64,000 nucleotides of DNA, from NCBI RefSeq assembly GCF_009914755.1, contig NC_060925.1. One strand, given 5' to 3'. Positions 25,515 to 40,673 of the stretch are shown here, in pieces. The DNA comes from the human T2T-CHM13v2.0 reference genome, Homo sapiens. Every line of letters starts with the position of its first letter. Within the stretch, counting starts at the first letter, position 1. The position numbers and the translations under genes were made by a program. Under the pieces are notes generated by a model. The model did not search any database. It was not told the origin of the DNA and saw only the letters and a program-made list of their open reading frames with translations.

Positions 25515-27722
25515 TTCTTTGGGTTAAATCCGGCCGGTGTTCTATAACCTTCTTATGCTTGAATGTTGATGTGTTGCTCCAGGTTTGGGAAATTTTCTAA
25601 TATTATCCCTTTGATTAAACTTTCTACGTCTTTCTCTCTACCTTCTCTTTAAGGCCAATAACTCTTAGATTTGTCCTTTTGGGGCTATCTTCTAGATCTT
25701 GTAGTTGTGCTTTGTTGTTTCTTATTCTTTTTTCTTTTGTTTCCTCTCACAGTGTATTTTCAAATAGCCTGTCTTCAAGCTCACTAATTTTCCTTTACCA
25801 AGTGAACTACTTGACTTGATCAATTCTGTTGTTAAGAGACTGATGCGTTCTTCAGCATGTAAACTACATTTTTCAGCTCTAGAATTTTTGTTTGATTCTT
25901 TTTAATTATTTAAATCTGTTAAATTTTTTTATTTTTTTTATTTTTATTTTTATTTTTTTTATTTTTTATTGATCATTCTTGGGTGTTTCTCGCAGAAGGG
26001 GATTTGGCAGGGTCATAGGACAATAGTGGAGGGAAGGTCAGCAGATAAACAAGTGAACAAAGGTCTCTGGTTTTCCTAGGCAGAGGACCCTGCGGCCTTC
26101 CGCAGTGTTTGTGTCTCTGGGTACTTGAGATTAGGGAGTGGTGATGACTCTTAATGAGCATGCTGCCTTCAAGCATCTGTTTAACAAAGCACATCTTGCT
26201 CCGCCCTTAATCCATTTAACTCTGAGTGGACACAGCACATGTTTCACATGTGCTGAGCACAGGGTTGGGGGCAAGGTCATAGATCAACAGCATCCCAAGG
26301 CAGAAGAATCTTTCTTAGTACAGAACAAAAATGGAGTCTCCTATGTCTACTTCTTTCTACACAGACACAGCAACAATCTGATTTCTCTATCTTTTCCCCA
26401 CATTTCCCCCTTTTCTATTCCACAAAACTGCCATCGTCATCATGGCCCGTTCTCAATGAGCTGTTGGGTACACCTCCCAGACGGGGTGGCGGCCGGGCAG
26501 AGGGGCTCCTCACTTCCCAGCAGGGGTGGCCGGGCAGAGGCACCCCCTACCTCCTGGACGGGGCAGTGGCCGGGCGGAGGCGTCCCTCTCCTCCCTCCCG
26601 GACGGGGTGGCTGGCTGGGTGGGGGCTGCCCCCCACCTCCCTCCCGGACGGGGTGGCTGGCCGGGCGGGGGGCTGCCCCCCACCTCCCTCCTGGATGGGG
26701 CAGCTGGTCGGGCGGGGGCTGCCCCCCACCTCCCTCCTGGATGGGGTGTTAAATTTATCTGATAGAATTCTTAATTACTTTTCTGTGTTATCTTGAATTT
26801 CTTTGAGTTCCCTCAACACAGCAATTTTGAATTCTGTGTCTGAAAGGTCATATATTTCTGTTTCTCCAGGATTGGTCCCTGGTGCCTTATTTAGTTCATC
26901 TGGTAAGGTCATGTTTTCCTGGATGATGTTGATACTTGTAGATGTTTGCATCTGGGCATTGAAGAATTAGCTATTTACTTTAGTATTCACAGTCTGGGCT
27001 TGTTTATGCCTGTCCTTCTTGGGAAGTCCCTCCAGGTATTTGAAAGAAACTTGGGCCCCAAGCCCAATAACACTGTGGTTTTTGCAAACTTGTAGAGGTA
27101 CTACCTTGTGGTCTTGTATAACAGTCAGAAGAATTCTCTAGATTACCAGAGAGAGACTCTGGTTCTTTTCCCTTACTTTTTCTCAAACAAATGGGGTCTC
27201 TTTCTGTGTGCTGAGACACATGAATTGGGGGGTGTGGTGATGCAAACACCCTGTGGCGACCACCACTGAACTATGCTGGGTCAGACCTGAAGCCAGCATG
27301 GCACTGGGTCTTGCCTAAGACCCTTCCTTTCAGGGCAGGGAGTTCCCCCAGGCCCCATGCATGTCCAGAGATGTTGTCTGGGAGCCTGGGATTGGAGTCA
27401 AAAACCTTAGCAATTTACCTGATGTTTTATTTTCCTGCAGCTAAATTGGCACTCAAACTGTGATACAAAGTCCTTCCTATTCTTTCCTCCCCTTTCCACA
27501 GGCAGAGGAGCCTCTCTTTGTGGCAATTAGCACTACTGGTTCACAAGGGTTCTACCAGGCCACCGTCTATGTTCACTTAAAGCCCAAGGGCTCTTCCATC
27601 AGCTTGTGGTGAATGCTGCCAGGCCTGGGACTTACCTTTCAGGACAGTGGGTTCCCCTCTGACCCACGGCAAGTGTAGAAATGCTGTCCAAGAGCCTAGG
27701 CCTGGATGCCAGGACCCCACAA
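25515..27722 (-). mobile_element. older L1 (L1PB/L1MA-like) 5' UTR-ORF1 fragment, interrupted by an SVA
   Basis: L1 ORF1-region motifs (gtattttcaaatagcctgtcttcaagctcact) continue across the SVA; L1PBa-type 5' UTR motifs at 27250-27720. Confidence 0.7.
25927..26746 (-). mobile_element. SVA, 5'-truncated inside the VNTR, older (SVA_A/B-like) type
   Basis: T-rich tail, SINE-R (attcttgggtgtttctcgcag...), GC-rich VNTR ~26480-26746; TSD tgttaaattt at 25917-25926 and 26747-26756. Confidence 0.95.
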
Positions 27723-27829
27723 ATCTATTTTTTTCAAACATCTTTTTCTTGTAGATTTTAAAATACTACCGTATTCATTACATGTTTATTATATACTCAT
27801 CCTGTGCTTTAGAGATGTAACAAGAGTTT

Positions 27830-28045
27830 TCATTTACTAAGCACTTGTTACATGCCAGGGGCTTTGTATATATTATTTTATTTAACACAACAATCTATTG
27901 AAGTAGCTAATATTATCTCCATTTCTCATATGAGGAAATTGAGGTTTAGAGAGTTTCAGTCCTTGTAAACTGTGGTCATACAATAACTATATATTAGAGG
28001 TGAGACTCAACCCAATGACCAACTGTAAACTTGTGTTCTTTGACG
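27830..28045 (-). mobile_element. MIR SINE
   Basis: catttactaagcacttg...atgaggaaattgaggtttagagag core. Confidence 0.75.
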
Positions 28046-28069
28046 CTTTAGCAGGGTCTTAGAAAACCT

Positions 28070-28462
28070 TTGTGATAGTTAATTTTATGTGTCAACTTGA
28101 CTTGGCAAAGGGGTGCCAAGACAGCTGGTTAGACATTATCTCTTGGAGTGTCTGTGAGGGGATTTCTGGAAGAGATTAGCATTTGAATTTGTAGATTGAC
28201 TAATTTGTCTCATCTGTTAAAGGCCCAAACAGAAGAAAAAGGCAGAAAAGCACATTTACTTTCTCTTTTCTTGAGCTGGGACATCCATCTTCTCCTATCT
28301 TTGAAGTGCTCCTCGTTCTTAGGACTTCAGATTTGGACTGGGCTTTTGTGGTTCTCCAGCAAACAGACAGCAGGTAGTGTGAGCCAGTTCCAATAATAAG
28401 TTTCCTCTTATATGTCTATATATCCTATTGGATCTATTTCTCTGGAGAACCCTGTCTAATAC
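28070..28462 (+). mobile_element. MLT2-type LTR (5' LTR of the ERVL)
   Basis: tgtgatagttaattttatgtgtcaacttgac...tctggagaaccctgtctaataca, followed directly by the ERVL leader (tttggtacc). Confidence 0.85.
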
Positions 28463-29918
28463 AGGCTTTGGTACCATGAGTAGTTCTAGGAAAACAGAAT
28501 TTTAAAGACAAGTTTTCTGAACTGGTCCTGAGGCTTCTGGAATTGTCTCTTTAATATGATTAGATGTCTCCAGTAGTAAAGAGAGCCCTGATAGTCCATG
28601 TCATGAACAACAGGCATTAAACATGCCTAACCAACCATTTAAGAGAAGCAAGATGCTAAGTGACTCTCCATATGATACTTTCAAAACATTTTTAGAAAAT
28701 GAAGGAATAAAATAATATTGGTTGGTTGCTCCAATGTCACTGGACAAAGTGGTGAAAAAAAAAGATAAACTCAGGAATTCGAATTTCCAGCTCAAGTGCC
28801 ACATAAATAACCTAAGAGCTTCTAAGTATGCCCTGAATGACAGCCTTGCCTCCTATAGCCACAGGCTTGAAATTGCTGAAAATTAAATGCAGAAAATCAT
28901 CTGTAGTTTACTAAATTACAACATAGGTTGAACTCCCAGACTTACTGAGTGTCTGCTGTTAAAGTGAAGGCATTGATTGGGAAAGAATAGGATCCTGTAA
29001 ATTGGGATGGTGATTTGTGGGAAGACCCTGATGAATCTGGGGACATTGAGCCTCTAGATTCTGTTGAATCCTGTTTGCCAGTGGAAGGGGTCTCCTCACC
29101 CCTAGTGGAAGAGACATTCTCACCCCAAGTGGTCTCTCCATCCCTAGTGGTAGTGGCCTCCCCACTCATAGCATTCTGGTCTTTCTACCTTAGTCTAATG
29201 GAATTAACCCTATGTTGCTGGAGGAAATGGTAATGGCCTTCCCTGAGGCAGTTGCCATGCAAGACAATGCTGATTCTCCTCAGGACCTGCTCCCATCACC
29301 CTTCTTTGTTTCTAAATTTACAACTAGACTTAAGGCCAAGCAAGTACCTAAAGGTGAGATCAAAGTGTCACCCGTGAGGAAGTGCACTATACTTTACAAT
29401 AACTACTTGATTTTTCTATTTATGCAAGCAGAAATCTGGTGGATCACATGTGGGAATGGATAGTAAAGATGTGAGAGAATGATGGAAGGAACATTAAGTC
29501 GAATCGGGCCAAATTTATTTGTATGAGCTTGCTAAATAAAGATTTTGCATTTAATGTTGCAGCTTGGGAGTTAGAAAGGGCTCTAACAGTTTGGTTACTT
29601 GACTGAAACATGGATCTAAAGATAGCTCACTGCATGTGACTTGGAAATGCCTGAACTACCTTGGATTAACATAGAGGGAAGAATTCAAAGGCTTAGGAGA
29701 ATTGGAATGGTAGAGTGGATTTTCCATTTAAGACCTACTCATCCACACTGGCTGGGTATTCTCAAAATACCTTTTATTTTGAGAAATAATTTGTGAGGTA
29801 AGGCCCAATATTTTTGAAGAGTTCCATGGCCTTTCTTCTATGTTGACCATAAATTACAGTGAGAATTGCAGACACTCAGTTGAACAACCTAAATACAGTA
29901 GGAGTAATTGGATCCTGG

Positions 29919-30221
29919 GATAGTTTGGATGTATCTCTCAAATTTCACATGTTGGAAACTTAATCCCCAAATTCATATGTTGATTGAAGGTAAGGCCTTT
30001 AGGAGGTAATTAGGATTGTATAATGTCACTGGGGAGGGGCCCCCATGATAGAACTGGTGGCTTTGTAGGAAGAGAAAGGGAACCTTGAGCTAACATGCAT
30101 GCTCTTGCCCTCTAATTATGTAATGCCTTCTGCCATGTTATGATGCAGCAAGAAGGCCCTCACCAGATGCCAGCACTATGCTCTTGGACTTCCCAGCCTC
30201 AAGAACTGTAAACCAAATAAG

Positions 30222-30278
<57 letters not shown>

Positions 30279-32378
30279 TATTCCATCTGTGATATTCTGT
30301 TATAGAACAGAAAATGGACTAGGACAGAAAACTGGTATTGGGAATGGGATTGTTGCTAATAACGGATACCTAAAAATGTGGAAGCGGCTTTTGAACTGGG
30401 TAATGGGCAGGGGCTAGAAGAATTTGGAGGATCAGGCTAGAAAAAGCCTGTATTGCTCTGAACAGAGCATTAAGGGTGATTTTTATGAGGGCTCAGGAGA
30501 AGACATGAAGACTAGGGAATATTTGTAACTTCTTATAGATTATTTTACTGGTCATGCTCAGAATGCTGATACAAATATGGATAGTAATGGCCATTCTGAT
30601 GAAGTCTCAGATGGAACTGAGGAACAAGGTATTGGAAACTGGAGTAAAGGTCATTCTTGTTATAAACTGGCAATGGACATAGCTGGGTTGTGTTCATAAT
30701 ACAGAACTTAAGAGCAATGAATTAAGATATCTGGCAGAAGAAATGTCTAAGCAGCAAAGCATTCAGGTTTCTGCTTGGCTACTTTAAATTGCTTATATTA
30801 GGCTATGAAAATTAAAAAATGACTTAAATCTGGACTTTGTAATTAAGAGGGAAGCAAAGCAGAAAGACTTGGAAAACTCTCAGCCTGGTCATTTAAAGAG
30901 TAAAGTGTATTCAGAAAAGGAAACCAAGAGTGTAGCCCAGGGACTCTTTGCTAAAGAGATAGAAAGGATCATCCGGACAATGAGAGAAAGAGTCCAAAGG
31001 TATTTCAGAGATCTTTGAGGGTGCCCCTCCCATCACAGGCTCAGGGCTCTAGGAGGGCAGAATGGTTTTGGGAGACAGGTCTGAGAACCCTCTGTGGCCT
31101 CACTGCCCGTGGCTGCCTTGTGTCTCTGCTCTCTGCATCCCAGTGCAGCAATCCTTGGCCATTCCAGTTGTGGTTCAAGTGGTCCTGGATATAACTTGAC
31201 CCCTCTGGGTGTGGCTTGACTTGCCACTCTGAAGGGTACAAGCCATATACTTTGGCTGTGTCTACATGGTATTAATTCTGTAGACCAACAAAATGTAAGA
31301 GCTGTGGGGGTATAATTGCATCCACCTAGATTTTAAAGAATGTTGCAGACTGCTTGGGAGTTCAGGAAGAGACTTGTCCCAGGGTTGGAGTAATCAGAGA
31401 GATCCCTCACTAAGGCAATGCCCAGCAGAACTTTGGGGTTGGAGCTGCCATAGAAAGTTCCCACTAAATCAATGCTTAGTGGAGCTCTGGGAGCAGGACT
31501 GCTGCAGGGATCCCAGAATGTACAGTCACTGGCAACATGCAATGCCAGCCTGTGAAAGCTGCAGGCACCACTGTGCAGCTACAACTTGAGAAAGCTGAAA
31601 TGTGGCCTGAGTCCAACAAAGCCATAGTAAAGAGTGAGGCAGTTTTGGGGCCCAAAGCCTGCAGTGTGTCTAGGAAGCAGCACATACAGTGAAAGATTAA
31701 CTTAATGTCTGCCCTATTGGGTTTTGGACTTGTTTGGGGCCTGTTACTTCTTTTTTTCTGGACTATTTCTCCCTTTTGGTAAGGGAATATGTATCTTATA
31801 CTCTTCCACCGTTGTATCTTGGAAATGAGAAATTGTTTAATTTCACAGGCTTACAGCTGGAAGAAATTTGCCTCAAGTTGACTTGTGCCTTGAGTTTCAC
31901 CCATATCTGATTCAGATAACTTTGGACTTTTTAAAGTTGGTGCTGGAACAAGAGTTTGGGGCAATTGGGATTGAATTATTGTGTTTTGCATGTGAGAAGA
32001 ACATACATTTTGGAGGTGGAATGCTATGGTTTGAGTGTGTCGCCTAAATTTCATGTGTTGGAAACTTAATCCCCGAGTTCATATGTTGATTGGAAGTGAT
32101 GCCTTTAGGAGGTAATTAAGATTAGATAAGATTATCAGATTGGGACCCCATGGCTTTATAAGAAGAGAAAGGGAAGCTTGAGCTGATAGGCACACTCTTG
32201 CCCTCTTGCCATATGAATGTCCTCTGCTATGTTATGGCAAGCAAGAATCTCCTCACCAGATGCCAGTGCCATGCTCTTGGATTTCCTAGTCTTCAGAATC
32301 ATGAGCCAAATAAACATCTTTTCATTATAAGTTATCCAGTCTGTGGTATTCTGTTGCAACAGAAAACAGAGTAAGACA
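29919..32378 (+). mobile_element. full-length MST-type MaLR (MSTC/D-like): LTR ~29919-30326, internal region, LTR 32022-32378
   Basis: Two similar LTRs (tgttggaaacttaatcccc...ttcatatgttgattg); MaLR internal sequence; ERVL resumes at 32379. Confidence 0.85.
30222..30274. repeat. compound (TC)n(TA)n microsatellite
   Basis: Directly visible, inside the MST LTR. Confidence 0.95.
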
Positions 32379-33229
32379 GGGAGTAAGAGCCAAGTGGCAA
32401 CACTCAACTGCCAAAGGCATGGTGAAGATAGTTACTCTAAGGGACAGTAGGGTCAAAGCAGTAATCAGAATAGTCTGATTCTCGCAGACTGGTAAAGTTG
32501 GCCTGTTAATTATAGTGTTCCTAGAAGTGAAATAGATAGGAAGCTATTAAATTCTTACTCAATCTGTATAAGCAGACAAGTTCCAGGTAAAGTGAATCAT
32601 AAAATTCTAATGAGAATCATAGAAACAGAATCATAGCCCCTCAATCAGTTCTCAGACTTGAGCCAGTTGACAGACCCAGAGCCCCTTGAATGAAGGGAAG
32701 ACTGGGTCTCCTTGAGGAATGACCCTTGAACACAACTGAAAATGTGTACTGCTAATCTTTCTCTCAGCCTTCCTTCAAAGGACCTAAAGCTTATTACAAT
32801 GATAATTGTGCATTGGAAAGAGGGCAATAATCAGGATTTGGGAGGAGGCTCTTGAACATTGACTCTGAACTAGCACTGATTCCATGAGGCCCAAAATGTC
32901 AAGGTGGCCCTCCAGTCAGAGTAGGGGCTTATGGAGGTCAGGTAATTGACAAAGTTTTAGCTCAAATTCATCTCGCTGTGAGTCAGGTGTATCCTCAAAC
33001 CCATCCTGTGGTTGTATCCCCAGTTCCAAAATGCATAATTGGAATAGACATGCTGAACAGCTGAAAGAATCACCATACCTTTTCACACTTAACAATTATT
33101 AAGCCCATAATAAATAATAATAATATAATTAAATATTAAATAATATTAAAATAAATAATAAAAGCATTATACATTAACATAAATATTATTATATCATAGA
33201 AATAACGATTGCTAAATAAAAATTATAGT

Positions 33230-33565
33230 AATAAAAGTGGCACTCCTTTATTTTTTATAAGCCTTGTTAGTGTCTGTCTTGAAGATAGCTGAATTCTCAT
33301 ACCTGCTTCTGCATTCAATGTGTTGCTGTATGATATGTGGTTGATATGTCTGAAGAAAATCCAGCCTCATATAAATATGTGGTTGGACAAAGGAAGACTA
33401 TTGTGATGGCATTTTCAAGTAATTGTGTATTTCTTTCTTTGATAGTACATAAACATTCAACAAGTGGAGGTTTTTTGAGGGTTAGTGATAATGTGGATCT
33501 GAAGCCATATCAGTGAACTTCTTGTGTTCTTTTATATCAGAATTCAGTGGCCTATTTTGTATAAT
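33230..33565. mobile_element. Charlie1-type fragment, opposite orientation to 8831-10208
   Basis: ctcatacctgcttctgcattcaat is the approximate reverse complement of ~9890-9915. Confidence 0.6.
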
Positions 33566-34023
33566 ACTTTGAATGAATATTTTACCTGGGCATGAAGCTA
33601 ATCCAGAGCTCCACTTACAACACTGCCTTTTATAACATTCTGATGAGACTAAACATGAATTATAAAACATGAAACTCAGCATGAATTATAATACATGAAA
33701 TGAAATAGGAATTTACTTGAAAAGAGCTAGAGGTTTCTAAAGCAAGTTGATGAGAACTGATAATAAAACTACAGACACTTTAGGGAAATTTCTGATTTTC
33801 ATGCCTATTGAATCAGACTGTGGAATTGGAACTGTCTTGATAGTTCTATGAGGCTAATATATACTATTTCCTAGGTGCCAAGACATTCACTTTATTTGGC
33901 ATTAAATATAAATAGCTATTCATCTATTGCCATTAACCAGCTAATTAACTTTATTACCATTGATAGTTTTTAAATTCTTCAGGTCAAGGCTATTGAGTTC
34001 TAATTTTTTTTTGGCAACATCTT

Positions 34024-36274
<2,251 letters not shown>

Positions 36275-36598
36275 CTATGGCTGCTTTCCACCAACCCATT
36301 CAGCATAGGTGACATTTCCCTGCTATAGATTTTCTCTCCCTTTTACAGAATGGAGACTCATCTATACTCATTAACATTTCTAAAGGCTACTAAAGATGAA
36401 TATTCTCATAAAAGCGCCAGGTCATTTTGATTTTGTTATTTTTCATTTAAATGATATGTATGCCGTGACTATGTGTAAAGTGGATCAGGGCTGAAGATAC
36501 CACACATTAGTTGATTCCCATTGTGAGGAGAAGCATATGACAAGTTTTCATTCTAGAGTCCTTTTCAGTCTCCAGTTGCCAAGAAAGTTATGGATATA

Positions 36599-36999
36599 CA
36601 GTTACGTGTCTCTTGATGATGGGGATGCATTCTGAGAAATGCATCGTTAGGCAATTTTGTCATTGTGCAAACATCATCATGTACCTACAGGAACCCAGAT
36701 GGTATAGCCTGCTACACATCTAGAATATATAGTATAGCCTATTTCTCTTAGGCTAAAAAATTACACAGCACATTATTGCACTGAATACTGTAGGCAATTG
36801 TAACACAATAGTAGGTATTTGTATATCTCAACATATCTTTAGCTGTTTACATAGAAAAGGCAGTGCATTGTGGCTCTGACATTATGATGGCTATGCCACT
36901 AGGCGATAGGACTTTCTCAGCCTCATTATAATCTTGTGGAACCCTTGTCATATATGTGATCTATTGTTGGCTGAAATGTCACTCTGCAGCGTGTTACTG
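36599..36999. mobile_element. Tigger3/MER7-type TcMar element
   Basis: ta|cagttacgtg...gatggggatgcattctgagaaatgcatcgttaggcaattttgtcattgtgcaaacatcat. Confidence 0.8.
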
Positions 37000-37138
37000 T
37001 CAATTGTTTTCAGTAAGAAAGTATGTTGATAAAAGTGCAATTTTTGTCCATGAAGAGGGGGAAGCATATTATCTTTTCTATAATTTTGTTTTTGTATTTC
37101 TTGTTTTCACTCAGAAGACAAGGCTGTCTGTCTTTATA

Positions 37139-37522
37139 CAGAAGCTCCTTGACTTATTATGGGTTTAAGTCCCAATAAACCTATCACATGTTGAAAATAT
37201 CATAAGTTGCAAATTCATTTAATACACTGAATCTACTGAATATCGTGGCTCACCCTAGAATTCTGTAAATGTGCTCAGAACCCTTATAGTACAGTATTTA
37301 ATAAATTACATGAGATATTTAATACTTTATTATAAAATAGGCTTTGTGTTAGATGATTTGGCCCAGCATTGCCAGAGAATATTGCATCACATATTGCTAG
37401 CCCTGGAAAAGATCAAAATCCAAAATTGGAAGTACAGTTTCTATTGAATGTGAATCACTTTTGCACCATTGTAAAGTAAAAAAATCATAAGTCAAATTGT
37501 CAGAGGATCCAGGGGCCCTCTG
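37139..37522. mobile_element. MER47/Tigger5-type TcMar element
   Basis: ta|cagaagctccttgactta...gttgaaaatatcataagt...ctctg|ta. Confidence 0.75.
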
Positions 37523-39317
37523 TACTTTCTGTTGGCTTGACTATGACAAAGGGAGACTGATTTTGTTGCTAACTTGCACAAGTATATAAAACACAAGACG
37601 TTGGTATATAGTGTTACGTACATTTTAAAAATTACCAAGCACTTGAATGTCCTCTCAAACATGTGTACATATCTGTGGATCAAGTTCCTCCCTTAATTGT
37701 GGGTAAACTAAGCCTATTTATGCATAACCGGCTACCTTTCAGTTTTTAATAAGGTAAAATGCTGAATACTTATTTTTATAAAGTCTCTCTTGCTGACCTT
37801 TGTGGAATTAGTAAATTATGTTGATAGCTGGAACTTCATTTCTTAAGAGGTTTATAAACCTCTCAGGACCTTTGTTTTTTCTGCAAGTGGTAAAACCCAG
37901 GTAGAGCTGAGTAGAGAGATTTGTTTGAACTTTCAGTCCTAGCAGGTGTGGGGCTCACTTTCACCTCTGCTATTCACAATGTTCCTACGAACTCTTTGGT
38001 TCATGGGATTGCAGAGAGTCCTGACCTTCATTGCTTGAGCTGTGTTCCATTTCTGTGTCACCTTTCATCTTATGTTCTTGGGGAGGCTTTACAGAAAGAA
38101 AGGAACACAGCGCATCACTGATTCCCTCACCCCTTCTATGCACAGCTGACTTCAGTTCCTTTTTAAAGCCTCAGCTTGTGTCTCACCTCTGGCAGGAAAC
38201 GTCCATCATCCTCTCTGCCCTCTGCTTCTGGGCCACATTCCTCTTATGGTATCTTTCACATGCCCCCATTATGACACAGTCCTCACACTGTGGAAAAAAA
38301 CACACATCTTAAGTGTCTCTGTCTGTCTAGATCATGAGATAGAAGATTTCTTTCTCTCTGGTGCTTGGTACTGTGTCTGGTATAGTCAGTGAAGTGATCC
38401 AATGGTGCTAAATTGGCCCCACAGTAACCAGGCAGGGAGTCTGTGAAACGTCATGGCTTAGCCACCTGTGCCTTCAGAGTCTTGCGAATTAAAGGGAGAG
38501 GCTACACTTGAGCCAGTGGGGAGTGGGGGTGGAGAGAGGAAGTTAAACAGAATTTCAGTAAAATAGGGTCAAAGGAGTAGCAGAGCATAAAAGGACACTA
38601 TTCTCACTAATATTTCTGAGATACTTGTGTAGCTAAGTCTGTACAAAAAAATAGTTGTTGCTAGGGTAGATGAGTCAAATTTCACATTTTAAGGTAAGAA
38701 TATCCCAGTAAGGGCAATGGGGTTATATTATCTGATACTACTTTCTCTTGTTAAATGTTCTATTAATATTGCAAGCACATTGTATAAATTCCAGTTATCA
38801 ACTATGTTGATAAAGAATGAAAAAAACCTCTCTTATGTTGCTATTTTTTTGAGGAATTGGCGGCAGGAGGGTGAATTTTTCCATAAAGGCAAGGTGGGGA
38901 TACACTTGAATCCCCAAGCTCCTTGAGAGGACTCTTTGAGATCTTGTAGCACCAAAATGAAGCGCTCAGTGGCCACTTTTATAATACTCTAGTGAAATCT
39001 GGGATTTAGTTTTTCTGTAAATTATTAAATAATTTCTCAAATAAATATACATTATTTAATATTGATTTCTCAGGAGCTAGTACAATACTTAATATATAGA
39101 AAGAGGCCAGAAAATATTTGTAAATATCTCTCCTAGAGATTTACCCAGAGCAGCCATATGATAGTCCCATCTCTCCAATGAGTAATGGTAACTTTTTCTT
39201 CTTATTTTTCCATCCCATCTCAACGTCTAAGTTCATCTAAAATCATTGGAATTGGATAAGATCTTTTAGAAGACCTACACTTTTGGCATCTCTCCCTGTT
39301 CTTGCTGCCTCCTGTAG

Positions 39318-39499
39318 GCTCTTTATTCTTAGAATTGGAGGAAGTCTGTGGACATCAGATGAAGATGGAAAGACTTTCAAAGAATAATGCTGTCTATATA
39401 CTGGAAATGAGAAGGAACTCATTAAAAGCAAATTTAACGTGACAATATCCAAGGAGGACACTATATATTTCTTTTCACTTTGGGCAGGCATAAACCTAG
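39318..39499 (+). other. candidate non-coding exon (alternative acceptor at 39333)
   Basis: Pyrimidine tract ctctccctgttcttgctgcctcctgtAG; purine-rich body; donor TAG|GTCAGC at 39500; stops in all frames. Confidence 0.3.
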
Positions 39500-40094
39500 G
39501 TCAGCTATCTCCTCCATCTCCTTCCTTTGGGCAAATTTCTCGATTCAATTTTATCTTTTAGAAAAATGGCATGTCTGTGGAGGAGGCTGAGGGTTGAGAT
39601 CTTAAGCAACACACTCTGATATTGGAATGTTAAAAATAAATGCCTCACACAGCAGTTTGCCATTTGAAGAGACTATCATGAAAAGATTGAGAAAGTGGTT
39701 GAAATCAATTTAGCTGTTCTTTATTCTACAATGAAGAAAACAGAGTTCACATTATTTTGGTAAAAAATATTTTTGAAACAATCAGTTTGTTAGGTGTGTG
39801 AATGAAATTTACCACTAAGTCATAAAAAACCAAAAAACCCAAACCAATGGAAAACCTTACCCCAACTTAACCCTAAGCCTCAAAGGCACTGAGGCACACA
39901 TATTTTAAGAATAGATATGCACATTGAATTTCTTCTCACACATCCATTTGTGAATTAGGGTCTGATTTCTCATTTTTAGATCTCATGTAAACTTGTTGAC
40001 ACCAGTGGGTAAAAGTGCTGAGCGTGTTTTATAGAGAAGAGTATTCTCATTATGTATGACCTGGGGCAATGCTTTACAGATTTTGGTACCAACA

Positions 40095-40632
40095 AAATTG
40101 TTTCTGTTTGAGTGCCCACAGAAATGGACTTTCAGACAGGCTTTTAGTACAAAATAATTTATTTGAGAAATGTATGAAATGCCAGAAGGGAAATAAGGAA
40201 GTGAGATGGGAAACGGAAGGCAATCAATAGAAGGTACATCATCAAGCCAGTTACTACTAATTGCCATTATTACATAATACCAGGGGGAAATTGGGAAATG
40301 GTGTAGAATGTACACTTCACAGCTATCCCTCCTGGGGAATGTGAAATATGTACATCTATATACCTATGTCTCTATCTATCATTGATCTATCTCTATCTAT
40401 TATCTATCTATCTATCTTCCATCTATCTATCATCTATTATCTATTATCTGTCTTTAAAAAATCTATCATCTATCATCTGTCTATTTAATCTATTATCCAT
40501 TTATCATCTATCTTTCAATCTGCTATGTATCATCTATTATCTGTCAATCTATTGTCTATCATCTATTATCTGTCAGTCTATATTATCTATCATCTATTTT
40601 TCAATCTATTTATTTATTATCTATCATCTATC

Positions 40633-40673
<41 letters not shown>

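Larger units (their letters stand above)
28463..33075 (+). mobile_element. ERVL internal region (decayed gag and protease), 3'-truncated, interrupted by an MST element
   Basis: Gag motif NWDGDLWEDPDESGDIEPLDS (~29000-29062); protease remnant LLNIDSELALIP (~32849-32884), VRVGAYGGQVI and CIIGIDML; many stops. Confidence 0.85.

Noticed and set aside
25973-26796. GC-rich ORFs (up to 204 aa) and an apparent CpG island
   Set aside because: Entirely SVA SINE-R and VNTR sequence; the open frames come from low stop-codon density.
28942-29463. ERVL gag ORFs as a domesticated Fv1-like gene
   Set aside because: Only short fragments with stops and frameshifts remain, and gag is interrupted by an MST element.
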